Made by a program: the position numbers and the translations under genes | DNA from: Burkholderiales bacterium | GTDB lineage: Bacteria; Pseudomonadota; Gammaproteobacteria; Burkholderiales; SG8-41 | Direction: 5' to 3' | Length of the DNA: 64,000 nucleotides | Assembly (NCBI GenBank): GCA_038316355.1 | Contig: JBBQAO010000005.1 | Coordinates: 12,351 to 76,350, forward strand | In this document: piece after piece, positions 17,758-26,680 of the stretch | How positions within the stretch are numbered: the first letter of the stretch is position 1 | Layout of the letters: each line of letters begins with the position of its first letter | Notes under the pieces: generated by a model | Seen by the model: only the letters and a program-made list of their open reading frames with translations | Told to the model about the DNA's origin: nothing | Databases searched by the model: none

Positions 17758-18381
17758 ATGCTGTATCGAAAAATACTGATCTTTATCGCCATGATGGTGA
17801 CAGGATTGCCTGCGATGGCCATTGAAGAACCGCAATACCGTGTGCGCGAGACGATAGGTCCCATCGAGGTGCGCGAATACGCGCCCTACCTCGTGGCGGA
17901 GACCCGCGTGGCCGCACCTTTCGAGCAAGCCGGCAACGAGGCCTTTTCCATACTCGCCGGCTACATTTTCGGTAACAACCGCAGCCAGCAGAAAATGGAA
18001 ATGACCGCACCCGTCAGCCAGAGACCTGCCGGTGAAAAGATTGAAATGACCGCACCGGTGGCACAGAGCAAAGCGCAAGGGGCTGACGAGGCCTACGTGT
18101 TTTCGTTCACGATGCCGGCACGTTTTACGCGCGCCACCCTGCCTGAGCCTTCGGACAAACGCGTATTGATACGTGAAATGCCGGCTCGCGTGATGGCGGC
18201 GCTGTCGTTCTCCGGCACCTGGAGTCAGGCGCGTTATGCGGAGCACGAATCGCAATTGCTGGACGCGGTACGCGCCGCCGGTCTGAAACCGGCAGGCGAG
18301 CCGGTGTTTGCACGCTACAACTCCCCGTTTACCCTGTGGTTCCTGCGCCGCAACGAAGTCATGGTCGAAATCCAGCCATAA
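17758..18381 (+). CDS. SOUL heme-binding-family protein
   Basis: ..IEEPQYRVRETIGPIEVREYAPYLVAE..GNEAFSILAGYIFGNN..MTAPV.. repeat pattern typical of SOUL/HBP. ATG 17758 has a TGGAG SD. Confidence 0.8.
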   Translation: MLYRKILIFIAMMVTGLPAMAIEEPQYRVRETIGPIEVREYAPYLVAETRVAAPFEQAGNEAFSILAGYIFGNNRSQQKMEMTAPVSQRPAGEKIEMTAPVAQSKAQGADEAYVFSFTMPARFTRATLPEPSDKRVLIREMPARVMAALSFSGTWSQARYAEHESQLLDAVRAAGLKPAGEPVFARYNSPFTLWFLRRNEVMVEIQP

Positions 18382-18394
18382 CGAACCATCCGTC

Positions 18395-19393
18395 GTGAGC
18401 GCAAAAAAATCCTCAGCACCGGCCATTGCCATCATCGGCGCCGGCATGGCCGGTCTGACCTGCGCACAGCAGTTGCAGTCGCGCGGCTACCGACCGGTGG
18501 TGTTCGAAAAAGGGCGCGGCCCTGGCGGCCGGCTTGCCACGCGTCGAGCCGGCGATGCACTGGCTTTTGATCACGGCGCACAATACGTCACCGCCCACAC
18601 TGCCGCATTTCAATCGGCAATGCTGCAGGCCATTGAATCCGGCGCTGCCGGCCACTGGCGCCCGTCGGGAGCCGCGGCAGCAGACTGGCTGGTGGGCACA
18701 CCGGCGATGAACGCAATAATCAGGCCGCTGGCAGGCGGGCTCGATGTCCGCGCGGCCACCACTGTTACCGCGGTTGCACGCAGCGCGGAAGGCTGGCTGG
18801 TGCATACCGCCACGCACGACGCCGGCGAACCATTCGACATCATCGTCAGCACTGTCCCTGCGCCACAGGCCGCCATACTTTTCGCTGCAGAGATTGTAGT
18901 TGCACAGGCGCTGGACCGTGTAGTGATGGCGCCCTGCTGGGCGCTGATGGTGGCCTTTGCAACACCAGTCGCTGGCGGTGCAGATGTTTTTCAGTCCGAA
19001 TCCGCCGATCTCGCATGGATGGCACGCAACAGCTCCAAGCCGGGTCGCAACAGCACGCAAGAATGCTGGGTGATTCACGCCAGCCCCGCTTGGAGTGCCC
19101 GCCATCTGGAGCTGGAACGCGGACAGGCTGCAGAGAAGATAATCGAAATGCTGCCACGCGCGTTCGATTGCGCGTTGCCGCGGATCGCACAGTCATCCGC
19201 GCACCGCTGGCGTTACGCCCGCACGACCACACCTTTGGGTGCAGCCTTTGTTTCCAGCGAGGACCGCAGGCTGTTTGTCGGCGGCGACTGGTGCCTGGGC
19301 GCGCGGGTCGAGTGTGCGTTTGAGAGCGGCCAGGCCATCGCCGCGGCATTGACCAGCACGCCGGATGAAGCCCATGACACCAGCTCAGCCTGA
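18395..19393 (+). CDS. NAD(P)/FAD-dependent oxidoreductase (renalase/amine-oxidase-like)
   Basis: Dinucleotide fold IAIIGAGMAGLTCAQQLQSRGYRPVVFEKGRGPGGR. A GTG start at 18395 avoids overlap with the SOUL gene. Confidence 0.8.
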   Translation: MSAKKSSAPAIAIIGAGMAGLTCAQQLQSRGYRPVVFEKGRGPGGRLATRRAGDALAFDHGAQYVTAHTAAFQSAMLQAIESGAAGHWRPSGAAAADWLVGTPAMNAIIRPLAGGLDVRAATTVTAVARSAEGWLVHTATHDAGEPFDIIVSTVPAPQAAILFAAEIVVAQALDRVVMAPCWALMVAFATPVAGGADVFQSESADLAWMARNSSKPGRNSTQECWVIHASPAWSARHLELERGQAAEKIIEMLPRAFDCALPRIAQSSAHRWRYARTTTPLGAAFVSSEDRRLFVGGDWCLGARVECAFESGQAIAAALTSTPDEAHDTSSA

Positions 19394-20147
19394 AACACCG
19401 CTTGCGTTGTCATCCTTCGGCGCGGATTTGAATGTGGCCGTCATCGGCGCATCCGGCGGCATCGGTCGCGCACTGGCTGACGATCTGGCGCAGTGTCCCA
19501 CCGTTGCCCAGGTCTTTCGCCTGTCGCGGTCACATTTGCAGTCCGTCGGCAACAAGGACCGTTGCCTGTCACTCGACCTCGAGGATGAAACCTCCATCAG
19601 CGACGCGGCGGCGGAGATCAAAAAGTCTGCGCGGATGCTCCACCTGGTCGTGGTGGCGACCGGCATCCTCCACGTCAACGACCAGCTCCAGCCCGAAAAA
19701 ACCTGGCGCAGCCTTGAGGGCCGTACTCTCGAAACCGCATTCCGTATCAACACCTTCGGTCCCGCGCTGGTGGCCAAACACTTCCTGCCGCTGCTCGCCA
19801 GGGACAGAAAATCGGTTTTTGCCGCGCTCTCGGCCCGCGTCGGCAGTATCAGCGACAACCGCCTCGGTGGCTGGTACGCCTACCGCGCGTCCAAGGCGGC
19901 ACTCAACATGCTGATCAAGACGCTGTCGATCGAGCTGGCGCGGCGCAATCCCGACGCGCTTTGTGTCGGACTGCATCCGGGCACAGTGGATACGGGTCTG
20001 TCCAAACCCTTTCAGACCGGCGTGCCGGAAGACAAACTGTTCACACCGGCGCGGTCAGCACGACATCTGCTGCAGGTGCTGGACCGGCTCTCGCCGGATC
20101 ACACCGGGGGACTTTATGCCTGGGATGGCCAGCCCATTCCCTTTTAG
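19365..20147 (+). CDS. SDR-family oxidoreductase (C-factor-like)
   Basis: VAVIGASGGIGRAL glycine motif and YRASKAALN catalytic YxxxK. The start is uncertain (ATG 19365 or 19374; it overlaps the upstream gene by 20-29 nt). Confidence 0.85.
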   Translation: MKPMTPAQPETPLALSSFGADLNVAVIGASGGIGRALADDLAQCPTVAQVFRLSRSHLQSVGNKDRCLSLDLEDETSISDAAAEIKKSARMLHLVVVATGILHVNDQLQPEKTWRSLEGRTLETAFRINTFGPALVAKHFLPLLARDRKSVFAALSARVGSISDNRLGGWYAYRASKAALNMLIKTLSIELARRNPDALCVGLHPGTVDTGLSKPFQTGVPEDKLFTPARSARHLLQVLDRLSPDHTGGLYAWDGQPIPF

Positions 20148-20169
20148 CCGGGCAAATGCCGCAGGTGAC

Positions 20170-20367
20170 TCAGTGATTGCCGCTGTCGGTCTGGCCTGCC
20201 GGCGATGCGGCTTGCGGAGTTGCGGCTTTCGGAGTTTCCAATTGCGGGGACGACATCTTGTTGCCGTCCCATTTCTGCCCACACCAGCATTCACCTTGGG
20301 GGTTGATGATGCACACGCCTGAACCACAGCATCTTGGATCTTCGGTCATTTTTGGATCTTCGTTCAT
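20170..20367 (-). CDS. Small cysteine-rich protein (65 aa)
   Basis: A strong GGAGGA SD lies 7 nt upstream of the ATG. The sequence is MNEDPKMTEDPRCCGSGVCIINPQGECWCGQKWDG followed by a Pro/Ala/Thr/Ser-rich (PATS) tail. Confidence 0.65.
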   Translation of the reverse strand: MNEDPKMTEDPRCCGSGVCIINPQGECWCGQKWDGNKMSSPQLETPKAATPQAASPAGQTDSGNH

Positions 20368-20450
20368 GATGGTCCTCCATAAAACAAGCAGTGATGTTGA
20401 ATTTTCCCGGTGGAATCACGCCATGTATTCACGTGGGCGGCAAGGATGAC

Positions 20451-20840
20451 ATGGAAAGTCTGACAATTTATTACGACGGGCAATGCCCCTTGTGCCAAGC
20501 GGAAATTCACCTGCTGCGTGCACGTAATCACCGCGGCCTGCTGCGTTTTGAGGACCTCGCCGCTCCCGCCTTTGATGAGCACTCGCACCGCATATCCTGT
20601 GTTGCAGCACTCGAACGCATTCACGGCCGCCTTGACAGCGGCGCACTGCTGACCGGTGTGAGCGTGTTTGCGGAAGCCTATCGCCGTGCCGATCTGCCGA
20701 CGCTGGCGTGGTTGTTTTCGCGGCCATGGCTCGCGCCGGCACTGAACCCGGCCTATCAACTGTTCGTGAAATACCGTCACGCCATTTCCCGAACAGTGGG
20801 TCCGCCCCTGTTGCGTCTGGCGCGGCGAATATATCGATAA
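20451..20840 (+). CDS. DCC-family thiol-disulfide oxidoreductase (DUF393)
   Basis: MESLTIYYDGQCPLCQAEIHLLR is the canonical DxxCxxC motif. AAGGAT SD. Confidence 0.85.
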   Translation: MESLTIYYDGQCPLCQAEIHLLRARNHRGLLRFEDLAAPAFDEHSHRISCVAALERIHGRLDSGALLTGVSVFAEAYRRADLPTLAWLFSRPWLAPALNPAYQLFVKYRHAISRTVGPPLLRLARRIYR

Positions 20841-20861
20841 CAAATTGTTTTTAAACATAAA

Positions 20862-21137
20862 TTAATTTGTTACCCCTGACTCGCCCGACGCCTCGTAGCC
20901 GCGCTGCAAAGCCGCGCCCAAGGGACTGATCGGGGGCTGGAAACGCGGACGTCGGCGCACGGTGGATTCCACGATGGCGAGCAGCTTTCTGGCGTAGCCC
21001 CTGCGTCGATGCGCGTTGTTGACGAATATATATTCGACTTCGCCATTTTGCGTGTAGCGGCAGTACGCGATGGTGGTGTTCACATCGGTAATGGTGACAA
21101 TGCCGGGCGTGTGATTGACGTTGGCGTTCACTGGCAA
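20862..21137 (-). CDS. Small GNAT-like N-acetyltransferase
   Basis: ..YIFVNNAHRRRGYARKLLAIVES resembles the acetyl-CoA-binding R/Q-x-x-G-x-A segment. It lies 2 nt after the VOC gene stop. Confidence 0.6.
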   Translation of the reverse strand: MPVNANVNHTPGIVTITDVNTTIAYCRYTQNGEVEYIFVNNAHRRRGYARKLLAIVESTVRRRPRFQPPISPLGAALQRGYEASGESGVTN

Positions 21138-21139
21138 TT

Positions 21140-21451
21140 TCAGACCAATGCCGTCAGCGCATTTTTCTGCATCACTTCGATGACGTTGCCGAAGGGATCC
21201 TGCACATAAACCGAAGCCGTGCCGTCACGATGGCGCTTCAGCGGGCCGAATGTCTCCGCGTTCGGCCGCTCGATGGCAATATGCGGCGGGTGCTGGCCGG
21301 GCGACACCAGTGCGAGATCGATGTTGCCGAAGCGCAGCATCGCCCAAGTCTGGTCTTCATAAATGGTTTCAACCTCGAACTGGCCGCGATACCACGCCAG
21401 AGCCTGCGCGATGTCGGGGACAGTCAGGGCAATATGATGCAGTCGATCCAT
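21140..21451 (-). CDS. VOC-family (glyoxalase/bleomycin-resistance fold) protein
   Basis: MDRLHHIALTVPDIAQALAWYRGQF..ALVSPGQHPPHIAIE. Confidence 0.8.
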   Translation of the reverse strand: MDRLHHIALTVPDIAQALAWYRGQFEVETIYEDQTWAMLRFGNIDLALVSPGQHPPHIAIERPNAETFGPLKRHRDGTASVYVQDPFGNVIEVMQKNALTALV

Positions 21452-21522
21452 GAGAAATCCTCTTCTTGCTTGTCTGTGCAGTCAGAACGCAGCTGTGCGC
21501 CAGGAAATCGACTGTGCGTCGG

Positions 21523-21966
21523 TCACAACAGGCTGGCCAGCAGCAGCGAGGCCGACCCGGTTACCGTCAATACCGCGCGCAACCGCAGGAAGGCCGCAGG
21601 CACAGGAACCACCCGCGCCATCGCCAGATCAAAGGCATAACAGCCCAGCAGCGCCACGGCCTGCATGCGCAGGGCGGTCCACACATCGAAAAACAGCGAC
21701 GCCCAGCCGAGCAATGCAGGGACGACACTGAAGCCATACTGCAGCCATGCCGTCTGTCCGCGCGCACCACGTTGCAGCGCACATCCCCAATGCAGCGCAC
21801 CGACAAAGGTGAGTATGACCGCGCCGTATTGCGACAATGCGGTTAACGAGTACACGTACCAGGTGACCGGCCCCAGCGCGGCCAGTGCCGCGAGGGCGAT
21901 GAAGGGCAGCAGCCCTGCTGCGCCCAGGACGGCGGCTGCGGGCGCAAACGGTGCTGCTGCGTTCAT
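21523..21966 (-). CDS. DUF3429-family membrane protein
   Basis: Four predicted TM segments, with the ..YGAVILTFVGALHWG.. signature I associate with DUF3429. Its ATG overlaps the MerR stop (ATGA). Confidence 0.7.
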   Translation of the reverse strand: MNAAAPFAPAAAVLGAAGLLPFIALAALAALGPVTWYVYSLTALSQYGAVILTFVGALHWGCALQRGARGQTAWLQYGFSVVPALLGWASLFFDVWTALRMQAVALLGCYAFDLAMARVVPVPAAFLRLRAVLTVTGSASLLLASLL

Positions 21967-23006
21967 GGCGTTGCCGCCGCAACGCGGCGGGGCAGCGGCA
22001 GGCCCTCGGCAACCACGATCTGCAGCAGCGCGGCTTCAAGGCAGGCCCGCGCCTGTCCAGCGGCATGCAGCAGGTTTTGATGCAGTTCTGCATCGGCTGG
22101 ACTGCGGTTCCGGCACTCAAGGCAGTAACGCTCGAAACTGCCGACAGTCAGCAGAATTTCGGCAAGGTGTTTGGGGCACTCGCAATAAATCGCGTTGGAT
22201 GTTCCAGCAAGAGTTTCCAGGGCTGCAATATCAAAACGGACCCCCGGCACCGGCAACGCGGCAGCCGCCTGCTTCGCCGGATGCACAGACAATGCCGTGC
22301 GGCAGAGCAATTCGATTTCGTCGGCATCCAGGTTGGCGTGCGCGACAACGTAGCCTTCCTTGCGCAGACGCCGGACCGTTTGTCCGGGGGCGAAGCGGTA
22401 GAGAATGATCACTGCACTCGCATCGGTCACCCGTTTGATCACTTCAATTTCTTCACGCGCCAGGTCGAGCAGCGATTGTTGTTCGAACACGATGATGTCG
22501 GCCTGCACATCGCGCAACGCCTCCGGCGCTTTGTCGAGATCGGAACATTCTCCGACAACCGACAAACCCGGATGCCAGCGCAGGCGGCTGATGGCGCCGA
22601 CGATGGCGATGCGCACCACGGCGGTCACCGGCGCAGGCGTTGCCGCGGACGCGCCGAATCCGGTAGTGGCTGCACGGACTTCGAGCAATGCCTCCAGCGG
22701 CAGGCCGGCGATCGATCCGACCGGATTTCCGGCATCGACCAGCTGCTTGACCAGGCGCAGGCGTTCAATGTTCTGCGTTGAATACAAGCGACGCCCGCGG
22801 CCGCTGACTTGCGGATCGCTGACTGAATAGCGGCGCTCCCAGACCCGCAGCGTACCCACCGGTATGCCGGCAAGCCGGGCAGCCACGCCGCTACGGTACA
22901 ACGCCTGCTTGGGTGCTGCGTCAGCCGTGGGGAGGAGCTTGTTGGTTTGTTCGGGTATTTTCCGCATACCAACTATTATGCCCTGTTGACTCATTTTTGT
23001 ATCCAT
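21963..23006 (-). CDS. MerR-family regulator with long C-terminal sensor-like extension
   Basis: MerR HTH (YRSGVAARLAGIPVGTLRVWERRYSV..GRRLYSTQNIERLRLVKQLVDAG). A flavodoxin/B12-binding-like alpha/beta segment follows. It ends in a Cys-containing tail, CECPKHLAEILLTVGSFERYCLEC. The start codon is uncertain (23006, 22994 or 22967). Confidence 0.8.
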   Translation of the reverse strand: MDTKMSQQGIIVGMRKIPEQTNKLLPTADAAPKQALYRSGVAARLAGIPVGTLRVWERRYSVSDPQVSGRGRRLYSTQNIERLRLVKQLVDAGNPVGSIAGLPLEALLEVRAATTGFGASAATPAPVTAVVRIAIVGAISRLRWHPGLSVVGECSDLDKAPEALRDVQADIIVFEQQSLLDLAREEIEVIKRVTDASAVIILYRFAPGQTVRRLRKEGYVVAHANLDADEIELLCRTALSVHPAKQAAAALPVPGVRFDIAALETLAGTSNAIYCECPKHLAEILLTVGSFERYCLECRNRSPADAELHQNLLHAAGQARACLEAALLQIVVAEGLPLPRRVAAATP

Positions 23007-23106
23007 AAAATAGATATTTTTGGGTCAAATAGTAGACATTTTACCAATAAAACGCTAAGTTTTGGCCTCCCATCAAGTCAACTCTGTAACAGCAAGGAGA
23101 TCAACC

Positions 23107-23418
23107 ATGGCTACTCGCCGTCAATTTGTACTGGGTGTTTTACCGGCCGCTTCTGCACTGATCGTCGCCGGCCCCGCCGCGTTTGCCCAAGCCGCACGAC
23201 TCGACGAAAAAGATCCGCAGGCCATCGGGCTGGGATACCTGCACGACGCAACGAAAGTCGATGCCAAGAAGTATCCGCAATGGGCTGCCGGCCGAAATTG
23301 CGCCAACTGCCAGCTCTACGCGGCCAAACCTGCGGATGCCTGGGGTCCCTGCGGCGCCGTGGGCGGAAAACTGGTCAATGCAAAGGGCTGGTGCATTGCC
23401 TGGGTCAAGAAAGCCTGA
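23107..23418 (+). CDS. High-potential iron-sulfur protein (HiPIP), Tat-exported
   Basis: MATRRQFVLG twin-arginine signal. Cys pattern CANCQLY..WGPCG..GWCIAWVKKA. AAGGAG SD. Confidence 0.9.
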   Translation: MATRRQFVLGVLPAASALIVAGPAAFAQAARLDEKDPQAIGLGYLHDATKVDAKKYPQWAAGRNCANCQLYAAKPADAWGPCGAVGGKLVNAKGWCIAWVKKA

Positions 23419-23647
23419 ACGACACCGGTCGGCGACGCGGGATGGCCGGACCGCTCCCCCGTCATAGCGACACTGCCCATTCACTCAGTTTCGGTCGGCA
23501 AGGTGAAATTCGCAACCAACAAGAAAGTTATTTAGAAATCTTCGACTTGGGCGCGATAAATTTCAGGGTGATCTGTTTTGTTAATCCTCAGGCCCCTGGT
23601 TAGAGACCAGGTCGGGAGCCAGAATTTTAGTTAGCTGTCTTGCACTT

Positions 23648-23674
23648 AGCCCTGCCACCCCGGCGGGGCTTTTG
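23648..23674 (+). terminator. Terminator-like hairpin 230 nt downstream of HiPIP
   Basis: AGCCCTGCC-ACCCC-GGCGGGGCT followed by TTTT. Confidence 0.55.
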
Positions 23675-23867
23675 CATTATTTGGGGTCGGAATACCGAGA
23701 GTTCGTAGGTCGTTATCGGAAGACTTCGGGCTCTACAACCACCAGCAGCTCATTCGTGGGAGCAGTTCACAGGCCAGTTGCACAAACGTTTTGCATGCCG
23801 CAATTCTTATTTGTTTTGCGATGCGCGATAATCACCGCCTTGTAAAAACCCACTCAGGGAGTTCATC

Positions 23868-24659
23868 TTGGATCTGGAACTGCGCGGCAAAAAAGTATTG
23901 ATCACTGGTGCGTCAAAAGGCCTGGGCCTTGCCTGCGCGCACGGCTTCGCGGCGGAGGGCGCCATTGTGCATATCGCCGCCCGCAACGAATCCGCCCTCA
24001 AGGCCGCCGCGGATGAGATCAAAAAGCAGTACAAGACCGACGCCTTCATCCATGCAGTCGATCTGAGCAAAACGGAAAATGCCGTTGCACTGGGCAAAGC
24101 CTGTGCCGATGTCGATATCCTGGTGAACAACGCCGGCGCGATCCCCGGCGGCAGCCTGTTGGAAATCAGCGATGAGCGCTGGCGCCAGGCCTGGGATCTG
24201 AAGGTCTTCGGCTTCATCAACCTGACGCGCGAACTTTACAAAAGCATGCGCGAGCGCAAGACCGGCGTCATCGTCAACATCATCGGCGTCGCCGGCGAAC
24301 GCCACCGCTCCAACTACATCACCGGAACAACGGGCAATGCCGGGCTGATGGCATTCACCCGCGCACTGGGTTCGGAAAGTGTGGACCACGGCATCCGTGT
24401 CGTCGGCATCAATCCGGGACGCATCGAAACCGAGCGCCAGATCGGGCATTTCAAGGAACAGGCGCTGCAGCAATTCGCTGATGAATCACGCTGGCCCGAG
24501 CTGCAGGCCAAGGTGATCGCCTCACTGCCCTTCGGCCGCGCCGGCAAGCCCTCCGAAGTGTCGGATCTGGTGACTTTCCTCGCGTCGGCACGCGCCTCTT
24601 ACATCAGCGGCACCATCGTCACCATCGACGCCGGCAGCTCACTGCGCGCGCGGGTCTGA
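23868..24659 (+). CDS. SDR-family oxidoreductase
   Basis: TTG start with a CAGGGAG SD. KKVLITGASKGLGLACAHGFAAEGAIVHIAARN Rossmann motif and NNAG. Confidence 0.85.
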   Translation: MDLELRGKKVLITGASKGLGLACAHGFAAEGAIVHIAARNESALKAAADEIKKQYKTDAFIHAVDLSKTENAVALGKACADVDILVNNAGAIPGGSLLEISDERWRQAWDLKVFGFINLTRELYKSMRERKTGVIVNIIGVAGERHRSNYITGTTGNAGLMAFTRALGSESVDHGIRVVGINPGRIETERQIGHFKEQALQQFADESRWPELQAKVIASLPFGRAGKPSEVSDLVTFLASARASYISGTIVTIDAGSSLRARV

Positions 24660-24663
24660 TCGC

Positions 24664-25497
24664 TCAGCTGGCCGGGACCGGCCAGCCGATCCATTCACAC
24701 AGGGCTCGGCCCATGATCTGCTCCAGATCACCGGTCGTCAGCCAGGGCATTTCTTCGGTGAACATCTTCACGCACTGGCGATAGCTGCATTTCAGCCGCG
24801 TCAGGTCGCTGCCCCAGAACATGCGCCCGGGACCGAAGGCGTCATAGACGCGCTGCACATAGGGATGCAGATTGCGGCAGGGATAAGCCGCGGTTGTGTA
24901 GCCCGGCAGCGCGCTGATTTTCACCGCGACATTCGGCCGCTTTGCAATCGCCAGCAACAAATCCAGATCGCGAAAGGCTGCATCGTCCTTGGCGCCGCTG
25001 GCGAGTGCCAGGTGATCGAGGATGATGCGCAACTGCGGATGGCGTTTTGCGACCGCATCGACCAGCTTGACCGCCGAATGCTCCACGCCCACGTACATGG
25101 GGATTCCGGCTGCCTCGGCTTCCGCCCACACCCAGCCCATGTGTTCCGGGTTCAACAACTTTTCCATGTTCTTCTTGAAGTTGAAACGCAGGCCCAGCAT
25201 GCCCGGCTCATTGCGCCAGTCCGCAAGCGTGCCACGGGGCTGGGTGGCCGGATTGATCTTGCCCATGACGGCAAACTGGCGGGGATGCGAGTGCGCCGCA
25301 TCCAGCGCAAGGTCATTGCGGGTACGATCCAGGCTCGGCGGCACGAGTACTACACGATCCACGCCCGCCGCTTTCATCTCCGGCAGCAGCTCCTTGATGT
25401 CGAAGGGTTCCGGTCGGTGCGGTTTTGCTTTGTCTGCCCATGGTCGTTCCGGCGTATTCGCCGCCCAGATATGCACCTGCGAATCAACGATCAACAT
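24664..25497 (-). CDS. Amidohydrolase-2 family (lactonase/decarboxylase-type TIM-barrel) protein
   Basis: MLIVDSQVHIW.. N-terminal metal motif, ..DHLA.. and ..FWGSD.. C-terminal motifs. Confidence 0.8.
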   Translation of the reverse strand: MLIVDSQVHIWAANTPERPWADKAKPHRPEPFDIKELLPEMKAAGVDRVVLVPPSLDRTRNDLALDAAHSHPRQFAVMGKINPATQPRGTLADWRNEPGMLGLRFNFKKNMEKLLNPEHMGWVWAEAEAAGIPMYVGVEHSAVKLVDAVAKRHPQLRIILDHLALASGAKDDAAFRDLDLLLAIAKRPNVAVKISALPGYTTAAYPCRNLHPYVQRVYDAFGPGRMFWGSDLTRLKCSYRQCVKMFTEEMPWLTTGDLEQIMGRALCEWIGWPVPAS

Positions 25498-25534
25498 GGC
25501 CGAATCCTGATAAATTTCTTGCTCAATTTCTTGC

Positions 25535-26526
25535 TCAATTCGCAGTGATGCCCTGCTCCTTGATCACGCGCCCCCATTTCTCATATTCGGATTTGATGAA
25601 GGCGCCGAAGGCCTCCGGGCTGCTGGTCCAGACGTCGCCCTGGGTCAGCATCGCCTCCACTACATCGGGCCGGCTGAGGACCTGCACAATTTCCCTGTTG
25701 AGCCGCGCCACGATAACTTGCGGCGTTTTCGCGGCAACGACAAAACCGTACCAGCTTTTTGATTCGTAACCCGGAACACCGGCTTCGGCAATCGTCGGCA
25801 GCTGCGGATATAACTTCGACCGGGCAGCAGTACCGACTGCGAGCGCGGGCAAGCGTCCAGCGCTGATGTTGGCCGTCACACTGGCCGGCGAGGCAAACGC
25901 CATCTGCACTTCTCCGGACATCAGATTGACGATCGCCGGACCATTGCCCTTGTACGGCACGTGCAGCAGCTGGATTTTGGTCATCGACTGCAGCAGCCCC
26001 GCAGCCAGATGCCCCGATCCGCCCACCCCCGACGACCCAAAAGCCAACTGCCCCGGCCTGGCACGCGCCAGCGCCAGCAATTCCTTCACCGACTTGGCCG
26101 GCAGCGACGGATGCACCACCGGCACGCTGCCGCTGGTCACTGCCGTTGTCACCGGCGCGAGATCGCGCAAGGGGTCATAGGTCATGTTTTTGCTGAAAAT
26201 CCATTCACCGCAAGGTTGCCAACCGCGCCGAGCATCATCGTGTAGCCGTCGGGCGCCGACTTGGCGGTGAGTTCGCCGGCGAGTGAGCCGTTGGCACCGG
26301 CGCGATTGTCGACCATCACGTTCTGGCCTATGGCATCGCCCAACCGGATCGCCACAATACGCGCCACCGCATCGATACCGCCGCCGGGGGACTGCGATGC
26401 AATCAGCCGGATGGGTTTTGCGGGATAGGTTGGCTGCTGTGCGACCGCAGACTGCGCCGCAGCCGACAGCGCGGCCACCACCGCTATATTCAACATGATT
26501 TTTTTGGGTCTATTCGGTGCTGTCAT
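25535..26526 (-). pseudogene. Bug-family (TctC-like) binding protein, frameshifted
   Basis: The N-part (26182-26526, ..YPAKPIRLIASQSPGGGIDAV..) ends ..NGFSAKT*. The C-part (25535-26185, MTYDPLRDLAPV..VPYKGNGPA..) is in another frame. The junction is GCAAAAACATGACC; one extra A in the A5 run would give ..AKNMTYDP.. in frame. Confidence 0.75.
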
Positions 26527-26680
26527 TCCTGCTTCTCCCGGGTCCTGCACAAATTGATGGTGATTGTCTTGGTGTTTTTGATTTATCCAGACTTCTGCAT
26601 GTCCTGAAACTGATGCTGACAAGCAGCACAGCAAGCGCCAAGCCAGGAATTAACCAGTGAACATCATTTCGCCGATATCG

